Of a stretch of DNA of 64,000 nt, positions 55,924-64,000 are shown one piece after another. Source of the stretch: Anaerolineales bacterium (GTDB lineage: Bacteria; Chloroflexota; Anaerolineae; Anaerolineales; UBA11579); assembly GCA_035446285.1 (NCBI GenBank), contig DAOMSJ010000003.1:164929-228928 (forward strand), written 5' to 3'. Within the stretch, counting starts at the first letter, position 1; each line of letters starts with the position of its first letter. The position numbers and the translations under genes were made by a program. The notes beneath the pieces are model-generated. The model was given only the letters and a program-made list of their open reading frames with translations. It searched no databases and was not told the origin of the DNA.

Positions 55924-55953
55924 AAAAAACGACCCCTAACGGGGTCGTTTTTT
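55924..55953 (+). terminator. Intrinsic terminator
   Basis: aaaaaacgacccc taac ggggtcgtttttt. Confidence 0.8.
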
Positions 55954-56097
55954 CTATACTGGGGGCAAGTTGCACGGATATTAACCTTTCCCGTGCACTT
56001 CTCCTTAGTGGGTTGGCGCTGCCAAACCACAGCTGCCCGGAATGACAGTTCCCCGAAGGCTGTTATTCTGGGCAGCGCTTTGTCAGGCAGCAAACCT

Positions 56098-56175
56098 CAC
56101 CACAAAGACACAGCAGGGAATTTTCGACAGATGAACACAGATAAAAAAACTTTGTGCTCTTTGTGTCTTGTGGTG
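56098..56175. repeat. Long-loop inverted repeat (REP-like) just downstream of malQ
   Basis: Arms caccacaaagacaca / tgtgtcttgtggtg separated by about 50 nt. Confidence 0.5.
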
Positions 56176-56182
56176 AAGAATA

Positions 56183-57673
56183 TTAAGCCGTACGGTGATT
56201 GCGCGCGTTGAGGTCGGCGATTCGTTGAGCCAAAGCAGATGTGAGCGCGGCGCCATCCACGCGCCAGTGCCAGTTGCCCAACGGCGTGCCGGGCACATTC
56301 ATGCGCGCCGGGCTGCCAAGCTCCAGAAAATCCTGAATGGGCGCTACGGTGAGCGCGGCCTGCGAACTCCACAGCATGCGCAGCATATCCCAGGCCAGAT
56401 GCTTTTCATCCGTGCCGATGTACTCCAGGCAAAACTGGCGCTGCACTTGCGGGGCGTGCGCATACCAGCCGAGGAAGGTGTCATTGTCATGCGTGCCAGA
56501 GTAGGCCACGCAGTTGACCGGATAGTTGTGCGGCAAGAAGGGATGCTCTCGATCTGACTCAAAGCCAAACTGGAATACTTTCATGCCAGGCAGATGAAAG
56601 TGATCACGCAGAGCGATGACCTCAGGCGCGGCCTCGCCACCGAGGTCTTCGGCGATCAGTGGCAAATGGCCGAGCTGGTGCTCGACGGTGTTGAAGAAAT
56701 CTGCGCCCGGGCCAAATTCCCAGGTGCCCTGCATGGCGGTGTCTTCACTGGCAGGGATGGCGTAGTAGGTGGCGAAGCCGCGGAAATGATCGAGGCGGAT
56801 GATATCGGAAAGCGACAGGGTGGCGCGCAGGCGATTGAGCCACCAAGCGTAGCCATCCTTCTTATGTAAATCCCAACGATAGAGCGGATTGCCCCACAAT
56901 TGGCCGGTGGCGCTGAACATATCGGGCGGCACACCGGCGACACGCAGCGGCGCACCGGTTGCGTCCAACTCGAACAGGTCTGGGCGGCACCACACATCGG
57001 CGCTGTCATGCGCCACGTAGATGGGCAGATCGCCGATCACGCCCACGCCGCGGGCGGCCATGTGGGCGCGCAGGCGATTCCATTGGCGAAAGAGCAAGAA
57101 TTGCTGAAAGGCATAGAAGCGGTACGGCTCGGCAAACTGCTGGCGGGCGGCAGCCAAAGCCGCCGGCTGGCGGCCGCGCAGGGCGGCGGGCCAATGCGGC
57201 CAGGCTTGCTGGCCGTATTGATCTTTGAGAGTCATGAACAGACTGTAGTCATCCAGCCAGTTGACCTGGGCGCTGCAAAAAGCATCGAACTCAGTTTGCA
57301 AGGCGGGCGCGTACTCAACGCGCGCGTAGGCGGTCTGGTATAGGCTGTGTTTCCAGTCAGTGACGGCGGCGAAGTCTACATAGTGGCTGGGGAAGTTGGG
57401 GGCAGCGTGCAGATGTGCAACGTCGAGCAGGCCCTCTTGGGCGAGCAGCTCGGGGCTGATGAGCAGGGGGTTGAGAGCAAACGAGGAGTAGGACTGATAC
57501 GGCGATTCGCCGTAGCCGGTGGGGCCAAGCGGCAGGGTCTGCCACCAGCGCGTGTGGCTGGCGGCGAGGAAATCTACCCAGGCATATGCCTGTGGCCCAA
57601 GGTCACCGACGCCGAAGCGGCCGGGCAGGCTGGTGATGTGCAGCAGGATGCCGGAGCGGTGCTGGACGTCCAT
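56183..57673 (-). CDS. malQ: 4-alpha-glucanotransferase (amylomaltase, GH77)
   Basis: MDVQHRSGILLHITSLPGRFGVGDLG... and the GH77 pattern throughout. The start at the ATG at 57673 is preferred, because the track extension runs through the heptamer repeats. Confidence 0.9.
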   Translation of the reverse strand: MDVQHRSGILLHITSLPGRFGVGDLGPQAYAWVDFLAASHTRWWQTLPLGPTGYGESPYQSYSSFALNPLLISPELLAQEGLLDVAHLHAAPNFPSHYVDFAAVTDWKHSLYQTAYARVEYAPALQTEFDAFCSAQVNWLDDYSLFMTLKDQYGQQAWPHWPAALRGRQPAALAAARQQFAEPYRFYAFQQFLLFRQWNRLRAHMAARGVGVIGDLPIYVAHDSADVWCRPDLFELDATGAPLRVAGVPPDMFSATGQLWGNPLYRWDLHKKDGYAWWLNRLRATLSLSDIIRLDHFRGFATYYAIPASEDTAMQGTWEFGPGADFFNTVEHQLGHLPLIAEDLGGEAAPEVIALRDHFHLPGMKVFQFGFESDREHPFLPHNYPVNCVAYSGTHDNDTFLGWYAHAPQVQRQFCLEYIGTDEKHLAWDMLRMLWSSQAALTVAPIQDFLELGSPARMNVPGTPLGNWHWRVDGAALTSALAQRIADLNARNHRTA

Positions 57674-57710
57674 TGGGCTGTGGTGGATTCTATCAAGGGA
57701 TGGGAAGGAG

Positions 57711-57766
57711 TAGAGATTGGGAATTGGAGGATTAGTAATTGGTAATTGGAGATTAGAGATTAGAGC
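57711..57766. repeat. Array of eight tandem heptanucleotide repeats
   Basis: TAGAGAT TGGGAAT TGGAGGA TTAGTAA TTGGTAA TTGGAGA TTAGAGA TTAGAGC. Confidence 0.85.
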
Positions 57767-57779
57767 TTGACCAGCCATG

Positions 57780-58025
57780 TTTTCGAGGCTACTACATTCC
57801 CTCACCCCACTCCCTGCGGGAGTATCCCCTCTCCCTAAGGAAGAGGGCGCTGGCAAATCATCTGGTATTGAGTTCACCGGGGTGAGGGCTGCATAGTTTG
57901 AGGGCTGCGCAGTTCCGCATTTCAGTCATTCCGAACGAAGTGAGGAATCCTTTAGGGCATTTCAAGAACCAGCCTGGTTTAGCTTGGGGATTGCTTCGCC
58001 TCGCTATCGCTCGGTTCGCAAAGAC
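57780..58025. repeat. Composite block of REP-like hairpin elements
   Basis: ccctcacccc...ggggtgaggg; cccctctccctaaggaagaggg; attccgaacgaagtgaggaat; ggggattgcttcg...tcgcaaagac. The last shares its core with 63888-63964. Confidence 0.55.
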
Positions 58026-58041
58026 ATAATGGCGGTGTAGG

Positions 58042-58076
58042 CTGACAGCTAATTGCTAACAGCTAACCGCTATTTG
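58042..58076. repeat. Five tandem heptanucleotide repeats
   Basis: CTGACAG CTAATTG CTAACAG CTAACCG CTATTTG. Confidence 0.8.
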
Positions 58077-58091
58077 GTACACTCAGCAGAT

Positions 58092-59432
58092 ATGCACGCT
58101 ACCGCTGAAAACCCCGCTTCACCGCTTACCCAAAAACGAATTTTGTTGACCTGGCTGCCCCTGGCGGCCAGTTGGCTTTTGATGGCGCTCGAGATGCCCT
58201 ACATCAACGCCGCCTTGGCGCGCCTGCCGGAGAGCGTGCACATGATCGCCGCCTTCGGCATTGCCGCCTCGCTAAGCATCACCATCGAGAGCCCGGTGAT
58301 CTCGCTGCTGGCCACCAGCACGGCGCTGGCGCGCAGCCCGCAAAACTATGCCATGCTGCGCCGCTTCACGGTGCAATTGATGGTGGCCACCACCCTGCTG
58401 CAGGCACTGCTGGCCTGGTCGCCCTTGTTTGATATTGTCGTCAAGGGTTGGATGGGCACACCGGAGAGCCTGCTGGCCTCGGTCAAGCTGGGCTTGCAGC
58501 TCATGCTGCTGTGGAGCGCAGCCATCGCCTGGCGGCGCTTCCGCCAGGGCATCCTCATTCGCTTTGGCAACAGCGCCTCGGTGGGCAAAGGCACGCTAGT
58601 GCGCTTGCTGGTCTCTTTGGGCGTGGCGACTGTCATGGCCGTGTTCACGGAGGCGCCTGGCATCGCCACCGGAGCGCTGGCGCTGAGCCTGGGCGTTATC
58701 GCCGAGGCGATCTACGCCCACATGGCCTCGGCCGAGTTGGTCCGCGAAAAGTTCGGCGCGGCCAGCACGCTGAGTGCTCCCGACCTGAGCTACGGCGCAC
58801 TGGTCAATTTCCACTGGCCGCTGGCGATGAGCAATCTCTTGTTCCTGCTCACCCAACCGTTGATCGCGGCGGCGTTGGCGCGTGGCACGGACCCGGAGAC
58901 GGCGCTGGCCGCCTGGCCGGTGCTGAATGGCTTGTTCTTCATCAGCCGCGCCGTGGTGGTGGCCATTCCCGAAGTGGTCATCGCCCATCACGAGATCGCC
59001 GGCAGCCAACCCGCCTTGCGGCGCTTCAGCTACAACGTAGGCTGGGCGTGCACGCTGCTGCTGGCGCTGGTGGCCTTCACGCCACTCTCGGATGTGTATT
59101 TCCATACGCTGATTGGCGTAGATACGCAGCTCTCGCTGGTGGCGGAGGCAGGCGCACGCCTGGGCGTGCTGCTGCCGCTGATGGTGGCAGCGGTGATGCT
59201 CTCACGCGGCTTGCTGACCGCGCAGCGCAACACGCGGCCACTGGCGCTCTCGATGGTGCTGGAGCTGGTGGTGCTGAGCACGGTGCTGATCGGCGGCACG
59301 GCTCTGGGCTTGCCCGGCGTTCCGCTGGCCGCGGCCGGACTAACGCTCTCGCTGGCAACAGAAGCGCTGTACCTGAACACGCTGACGCAAAAATCTCACT
59401 CTCAACCGGCCGCTGTGCCGGCGCAGAACTAA
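58092..59432 (+). CDS. Polytopic membrane protein, possibly MATE/MOP-superfamily-like
   Basis: About 12 TM segments. The start at the ATG at 58092 (MHATAENP) is preferred. The family assignment is weak. Confidence 0.4.
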   Translation: MHATAENPASPLTQKRILLTWLPLAASWLLMALEMPYINAALARLPESVHMIAAFGIAASLSITIESPVISLLATSTALARSPQNYAMLRRFTVQLMVATTLLQALLAWSPLFDIVVKGWMGTPESLLASVKLGLQLMLLWSAAIAWRRFRQGILIRFGNSASVGKGTLVRLLVSLGVATVMAVFTEAPGIATGALALSLGVIAEAIYAHMASAELVREKFGAASTLSAPDLSYGALVNFHWPLAMSNLLFLLTQPLIAAALARGTDPETALAAWPVLNGLFFISRAVVVAIPEVVIAHHEIAGSQPALRRFSYNVGWACTLLLALVAFTPLSDVYFHTLIGVDTQLSLVAEAGARLGVLLPLMVAAVMLSRGLLTAQRNTRPLALSMVLELVVLSTVLIGGTALGLPGVPLAAAGLTLSLATEALYLNTLTQKSHSQPAAVPAQN

Positions 59433-59442
59433 CGGAGCTGCT

Positions 59443-60420
59443 ATGGATATGCAATATACCTATTTAGGACGAACCGGTCTGCAAGTCAGCCGCCTGTGCC
59501 TGGGCACAATGAATTTTGGCCCCAAGACCACTGAGGACGATAGCTTCGCCATCATGGACCGCGCCCTGGAGCTGGGCATCAACTTCTTCGACACCGCCAA
59601 TGTATACGGCTGGAAGAAGGGCGAAGGCGTTACCGAGAACATCATTGGGCGCTGGTTCGCCCAGGGCGGCGGCCGGCGCGAGAAGGTGGTGCTGGCCACC
59701 AAAGCCTATGGCGAGATGGGCGATTGGCCCAACCAGAAGCGCCTGTCTGCCCTGCACATTCGCCAGGCGTGTGACGCCAGCCTGAAGCGCTTGCAGACTG
59801 ATTACATTGACCTGTACCAGATGCACCACATCGACCGCAACACGCCGTGGGAGGAGATCTGGCAGGCGATGGAAGTGCTGGTGCAGCAAGGCAAGGTGAT
59901 CTACGTGGGCAGCAGCAACTTTGCCGGCTTCCACATTGCCCAGGCGCAAGCCGAGGCCAAGGCGCGCAACTTCATGGGTCTGGTGTGCGAGCAGAGCTTG
60001 TACAACCTGGCCGCCCGCCGCATTGAGCAGGAACTCATCCCGGCCTGCCGCGAATACGGCCTGGGCCTGATCCCTTACAGCCCGCTGGCGGCGGGCACGC
60101 TGGCCGGCGCCTTCGAGAAGGTGAAGGACAGCCGCCGCACGGATGACCGCAACCAGGAGCAGATCAAGCGCCGCGAGCAGCAGCACAAGGATTATGAAGC
60201 GCTGTGCAAGCAACTGGGCGCCAGCCCGGCCACAGTAGCGATGGCATGGCTGCTGGCCAACCCGGTGGTGACCGCACCGATCATTGGGCCGCGCACGCTG
60301 GAACAGTTAGAGACGGCGCTGGAGCCGCTGGCCTTCACGTTGGATGCAGAGGCGATGAAGAAGCTGGACGAGGTTTGGCCTGGCCCGGGTGGTGAAGCGC
60401 CTGAGGCTTACGCTTGGTAG
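59443..60420 (+). CDS. Aldo/keto reductase
   Basis: LGTMNFG...INFFDTANVYG...DLYQMHHIDR...GSSNF is the AKR pattern. Confidence 0.9.
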   Translation: MDMQYTYLGRTGLQVSRLCLGTMNFGPKTTEDDSFAIMDRALELGINFFDTANVYGWKKGEGVTENIIGRWFAQGGGRREKVVLATKAYGEMGDWPNQKRLSALHIRQACDASLKRLQTDYIDLYQMHHIDRNTPWEEIWQAMEVLVQQGKVIYVGSSNFAGFHIAQAQAEAKARNFMGLVCEQSLYNLAARRIEQELIPACREYGLGLIPYSPLAAGTLAGAFEKVKDSRRTDDRNQEQIKRREQQHKDYEALCKQLGASPATVAMAWLLANPVVTAPIIGPRTLEQLETALEPLAFTLDAEAMKKLDEVWPGPGGEAPEAYAW

Positions 60421-60431
60421 GAGCAAACCAG

Positions 60432-60466
60432 TAATTGGCAATTGGTAATTACCAGTTGCTAATTAC
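60432..60466. repeat. Five tandem heptanucleotide repeats forming an imperfect palindrome
   Basis: TAATTGG CAATTGG TAATTAC CAGTTGC TAATTAC, centred on the palindrome GGTAATTACC. Confidence 0.8.
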
Positions 60467-60487
60467 CAAGTAGCAATCGGAGTTCAT

Positions 60488-61669
60488 ATGGCAACACTCG
60501 TACAAGAGAAAACACAGCAAGCGGTGAGCATTCTGCAGGAGAAGGGCGTGGATATGTGGCTGACCTTCGTACGCGAGACGCGTGCGGCAGGCGACCCCAT
60601 GCTGCCGATCATCTTTGGCGCCGACCTGACCTGGCAGAGTGCTTTGATCATGACGCGCAGCGGGGAGCGCATTGCCATCCTGGGCAACCTGGAAGCAGAC
60701 ACGGCGCACAACACCGGCGCATATGACACCATTGTGGGCTATGACCAATCGGTGCGCCAGGCGCTGCAGGACACCATCCAGCGGCTAAATCCAAAAGAGA
60801 TCGCCGTCAACATCTCACGCAATGACCCGTTCGCCGATGGCTTGAGCAGCGGCCTCGGCGAGCTACTGCGTGAGTACTTGGGCAGCTATGCCGAGCGCAT
60901 CGTCTCGGCCGAGCCGGTCATCAACGCCGTGCGCGGGCGCAAGACGGCCGAGGAGCAGCGCCGCATCCGTGCAGCGATCGCCAGCACCGCCGAGATCTAC
61001 ACCGCCACCTACCCCTTCGTCAAAGTGGGCCAGACCGAGCGCGACATCTCGGCTCATATGCATGCCGAGACGCTCGCACGCGGGCTGGGCTTTGCCTGGG
61101 AGCAGAAGTTCTGCCCGGCGGTCAACTCCGGCCCCGACAGCCCTATCGGCCACGCCGCGCCCACGGATATCAAAGTGGAGCCCGGCCATATCCTGCATTT
61201 TGATTTTGGCGTACTGCAGGAAGACTACACCTCAGATATTCAGCGGGTGATGTATGTCCTGCGCCCGGGCGAGAGCCAAGCGCCCAAAGAAGTGCAGCAC
61301 GGCTTCGATACGGCGCGTGCCGCGCTGGAGGCGGCCGTGGCGATGATCAAGCCGGGCGTGCGCGGCGTAGAGATCGATAGCGTGGCGCGCAAGATCGTGA
61401 TAGACGGCGGCTTCATTGAGTTCAAGCACGCCCTCGGCCACCAGATGGGCCGCAGCGTACATGACGGCGGGGGCCTGATCGGCCCGCTGTGGGAGAAGTA
61501 CGGTGAAACCCCCACCCTGCCGCTGGAAGTGGGCCAGGTGTATACGATCGAGCCGACCTTGATGGTGCCAGGCTACGGCTGCGTTGGCCTGGAAGAAGAC
61601 ATCGTGGTGACCGAGAGCGGCTGTGAGTTCCTGGGCGCGCCGCAAACCGAATTGATCTACGCGGGTTAA
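60488..61669 (+). CDS. M24-family Xaa-Pro aminopeptidase/dipeptidase
   Basis: Creatinase-like N-terminal domain plus the M24 metal ligands pattern (HFDFGV...DIQR...HALGHQMG...YTIEP...GLEEDIVV). Confidence 0.85.
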   Translation: MATLVQEKTQQAVSILQEKGVDMWLTFVRETRAAGDPMLPIIFGADLTWQSALIMTRSGERIAILGNLEADTAHNTGAYDTIVGYDQSVRQALQDTIQRLNPKEIAVNISRNDPFADGLSSGLGELLREYLGSYAERIVSAEPVINAVRGRKTAEEQRRIRAAIASTAEIYTATYPFVKVGQTERDISAHMHAETLARGLGFAWEQKFCPAVNSGPDSPIGHAAPTDIKVEPGHILHFDFGVLQEDYTSDIQRVMYVLRPGESQAPKEVQHGFDTARAALEAAVAMIKPGVRGVEIDSVARKIVIDGGFIEFKHALGHQMGRSVHDGGGLIGPLWEKYGETPTLPLEVGQVYTIEPTLMVPGYGCVGLEEDIVVTESGCEFLGAPQTELIYAG

Positions 61670-61671
61670 CT

Positions 61672-62139
61672 ATGCCAATCCACACACTACCTGCCAAAAA
61701 ACGCATTGCCTTGGTGGCGCATGACGGCCGCAAGAAAGATCTGATCAAATGGGTGCTATATAACAAAGACACGCTGGTCAATCACGAGCTGTATGGCACC
61801 GGCGGCACCGGCACACGCATTGGCGAGGCGACCGGGCTGCACGTCACACGCTTCCTGAGCGGCCCGTTGGGCGGTGACCAGCAGTTGGGCGCGGCAATCG
61901 CCGTGGCCGAGATCGATGTGCTCATCTTTTTTTGGGACCCGTTGGAGCCGCAGCCGCACGACCCGGATGTGAAGGCCTTGCTGCGTCTGGCGGTGCTGCA
62001 CAACATTCCCACCGCCTCGAACAGGGCTACGGCGGACTTCATCATCAGCTCCCCCCTGTTGGCACACGAGTACGGGCGCAAGGTGCCGGATCTCTCGCGG
62101 CGTATGCAAGAGATCCGTGAGGATGAGAGTGACGATTAG
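61672..62139 (+). CDS. mgsA: Methylglyoxal synthase
   Basis: IALVAHDGRKKDL...LYGTGGTG...GPLGGDQQLGA...FWDPLEPQPHDPDVKALLRLA. Confidence 0.9.
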   Translation: MPIHTLPAKKRIALVAHDGRKKDLIKWVLYNKDTLVNHELYGTGGTGTRIGEATGLHVTRFLSGPLGGDQQLGAAIAVAEIDVLIFFWDPLEPQPHDPDVKALLRLAVLHNIPTASNRATADFIISSPLLAHEYGRKVPDLSRRMQEIREDESDD

Positions 62140-62220
62140 CGGCTGTCGATTTTGGGTGATCCTGTTCGACGTGATAGTAGCAGGCCGCAACGGGCGGCCT
62201 CGCACGAGAGGAGAACTGCC

Positions 62221-62634
62221 ATGAAGTACATGCTGATCATGCGCGACACCCAAGAGGCATTCGAAGCCAGCCAGAAGGTTGACTTTGAAGAGATCATCAA
62301 TGCCATGGGGGCATACAACGAATCGCTCGCCAAGGCGGGCGTACTGGCTGGCGTTGAGGGATTGGCGCCTGCCAGCGAAGGATTTGTAGTGGATTTCGCC
62401 AGCGAGCCGCCCATTGTGACGGACGGGCCTTACGGCGAAACGCACGAGCTGTTCAACGGCTTTTGGATCCTGGAAGTCTCCAGCAAGGAAGAGGCGATTG
62501 AATGGGCGAGCCGCGCCCCGCTTGGGCCGGGCTCCAAGCTTGAAGTGCGCCGGATCCCCACGGCTGAAGAAGCCTTCGCTGATTATGCCGACAACGAGTA
62601 CGTCAAGAAGAGCCGCCCTAGCGACGCAAGCTAA
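62221..62634 (+). CDS. YciI-family (DGPF-domain) protein
   Basis: MKYMLIMRD...ITDGPYGETHELFNGFWILEV. The ATG at 62221 is preceded by GAGAGGAG. Confidence 0.8.
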   Translation: MKYMLIMRDTQEAFEASQKVDFEEIINAMGAYNESLAKAGVLAGVEGLAPASEGFVVDFASEPPIVTDGPYGETHELFNGFWILEVSSKEEAIEWASRAPLGPGSKLEVRRIPTAEEAFADYADNEYVKKSRPSDAS

Positions 62635-62657
62635 GACCGCTCACAGGTGATCGCAGG

Positions 62658-63884
62658 GTGAGCGACTTGCAGCGAACCATTGAGGCGGTGTGGCGCATTG
62701 AGAGTGCGCGCATCGTTGCCAGCCTGGCCAAGATGACCGGCGACCTGGGCCAGGCCGAAGACCTGGCTCAGGAGGCGCTGGTGGATGCGCTGAACCAATG
62801 GCCTGAGGCTAGCGTGCCGCACAACGCGGCCGCCTGGCTTACGGCGGTAGCCAAGCGCAAAGCCATAGATGGCTGGCGACGAAAAGAGCGGCTGGACCAG
62901 CGCTACCGCGCGATTGCCCACGCACTAGCGGAGAGCACCCAAGACGATTGGCAACCAATCGATGATGATGTGGTGCGCCTGGTCTTCACCGCGTGTCACC
63001 CTGTGCTCTCGCGCGAAGTGCAAGTAACGCTGACCTTGCGTGTGGTGGCGGGCTTGACCACGCAGGAGATCGCCCGCTTGCTGCTGCTCCCCGTGACGAC
63101 GGTGCAACAACGCATTGTGCGCGCCAAGAAAACACTCTCGGCGGCGCAGGTGCCTTTTGAAACGCCAGAGCCGAATGAGTGGGGTGCGCGTCTCAGTGCG
63201 GTATTGGGCGTGGTGTATCTACTCTTCACCGAAGGCTACGCAGCCACATCCGGTGAGCGATGGATACGCACTGAGCTCGCCAACGAGGCCCTGCGCCTGG
63301 GGCGCGTGCTGGCTGGGCTGCTGCCTCACGAGCCGGAGGTACATGGCCTGGTGGCGCTGATGGAGCTGCAAGCATCACGCTTTGCTGCGCGAGTGGCTGC
63401 GGACGGCACCCCTATTCTGCTAACGAACCAGAACCGAGCCGAGTGGGACCACATGCAGATCCAGCGCGGCCGTGCCGCATTGCAGCGGGCAGACAGGCTG
63501 GGCCGTGGCCGCGGGAATTACGTGCTGCAGGCGGCGATTGCCGAGTGCCACACCATTGCGCCAAGTGTTGAGGAGACGGATTGGGAGCAGATCGTGCTGT
63601 TGTATGAGACGCTCGGCCGGCTGGCTCCTAACCCGGTGGTTGAGCTCAACCGCGCGGTGGCGGTATCTATGGCGAGTGGCCCGGCCGCGGCGCTAACCAT
63701 CGTCGATCAGTTGTCCACGCAGGGAGAGTTGCACAGCTCGCACTTGCTCCCGAGTGTACGCGGCGAGCTGCTGGCCCAACTCGGCCGCCTGGACGAGGCG
63801 CGTTCTGAGTTGATGCGTGCGGCCAGCATGGCTGGCAATGCGCGTGAAGGCGAGGTGCTGCGCGCCAAGGCCGCCGCGCTCTGA
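62658..63884 (+). CDS. ECF-type sigma factor with a long C-terminal helical extension (COG4941-like)
   Basis: Region 2 (AEDLAQEALVDALNQWP...AWLTAVAKRKAID), region 4 (LTLRVVAGLTTQEIARLLLLPVTTVQQRIVRAKK), and a C-terminal domain of about 230 aa. A YciI-like neighbour is typical for this group. Confidence 0.8.
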   Translation: MSDLQRTIEAVWRIESARIVASLAKMTGDLGQAEDLAQEALVDALNQWPEASVPHNAAAWLTAVAKRKAIDGWRRKERLDQRYRAIAHALAESTQDDWQPIDDDVVRLVFTACHPVLSREVQVTLTLRVVAGLTTQEIARLLLLPVTTVQQRIVRAKKTLSAAQVPFETPEPNEWGARLSAVLGVVYLLFTEGYAATSGERWIRTELANEALRLGRVLAGLLPHEPEVHGLVALMELQASRFAARVAADGTPILLTNQNRAEWDHMQIQRGRAALQRADRLGRGRGNYVLQAAIAECHTIAPSVEETDWEQIVLLYETLGRLAPNPVVELNRAVAVSMASGPAAALTIVDQLSTQGELHSSHLLPSVRGELLAQLGRLDEARSELMRAASMAGNAREGEVLRAKAAAL

Positions 63885-63887
63885 AGG

Positions 63888-63964
63888 CGGGGATTGCTTC
63901 GTTCGTTCCACTTGATCGCAAGACAGAAGGGACAACGTCATTTTTGCGAGCCCAGCGAAGCAAT
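63888..63964. repeat. REP-like nested hairpin element
   Basis: Outer arms gattgcttcg / cgaagcaatc, inner arms tcgcaa / ttgcga. The core GGGGATTGCTTCG...TCGCAAGAC also occurs at 57986-58025. Confidence 0.6.
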
Positions 63965-64000
63965 CTGAGTTTAAATCAGCGCGCAAAGCTAGGTTGCTTC

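Noticed and set aside
57674-57877. 68-aa N-terminal extension of malQ
   Set aside because: It is translated from the heptamer repeat array and REP-like DNA. GH77 homology starts at the MDVQHRSGILLH motif.

Overview
High-GC (by eye above 60%) bacterial chromosomal window, densely coding, with about 60 protein genes. I saw no rRNA, tRNA, CRISPR array, transposase or integrase. The gene content (a secretin-less Tad/Flp pilus, many GT-C-like polytopic membrane proteins, leaderless-type promoters, heptamer repeats) suggests a monoderm, Chloroflexota-like organism; this is a low-confidence inference.

Layout, left to right:
- 1-7.2 kb: a tandemly duplicated two-gene module, an unknown polytopic protein plus a YfhO-like GT-C protein.
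- 7.2-13.5 kb: a COG1579 zinc-ribbon gene, then a long minus-strand envelope and thiol-redox operon (L,D-transpeptidase, ccdA, tlpA, Grx-DUF2085 fusion, pgeF, yggS, yggT, DUF167).
- 13.6-16.6 kb: csoR-copZ-copA copper operon with a candidate operator.
- 16.7-21.8 kb: HAD hydrolase, thioredoxin-like lipoprotein, SDR-folB-folK, a small unlisted flp pilin gene, folE, hpf, comF.
- 21.8-29.8 kb: tadC-tadB-tadA(cpaF), a receiver-fused tadZ, cpaB and flp, plus a soluble histidine kinase and a LuxR-type response regulator.
- 29.9-39.7 kb: six more GT-C-like membrane protein genes (one frameshifted) plus a SAM methyltransferase.
- 39.7-44.9 kb: padR-pspC, rpoD, an ABM monooxygenase, a K+-independent-type H+-pyrophosphatase.
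- 45.0-53.0 kb: the most unusual region. A 1085-aa LysM/Ig-like envelope protein appears to have had its 3' module displaced by an AT-rich cassette. This leaves an in-frame orphan C-terminal ORF behind a roughly 180-bp direct repeat. Each C-terminal module has its own translationally coupled partner gene. A second AT-rich insertion is flanked by 91-bp direct repeats.
- 53.0-64.0 kb: housekeeping genes (ferredoxin, SOD, EamA, a Zn-ribbon/H1-like protein, malQ, AKR, M24 peptidase, mgsA, yciI, ECF sigma), interspersed with heptanucleotide tandem repeats and REP-like hairpins.

All calls rest on reading the sequence and ORF translations by eye. No searches or computations were run.
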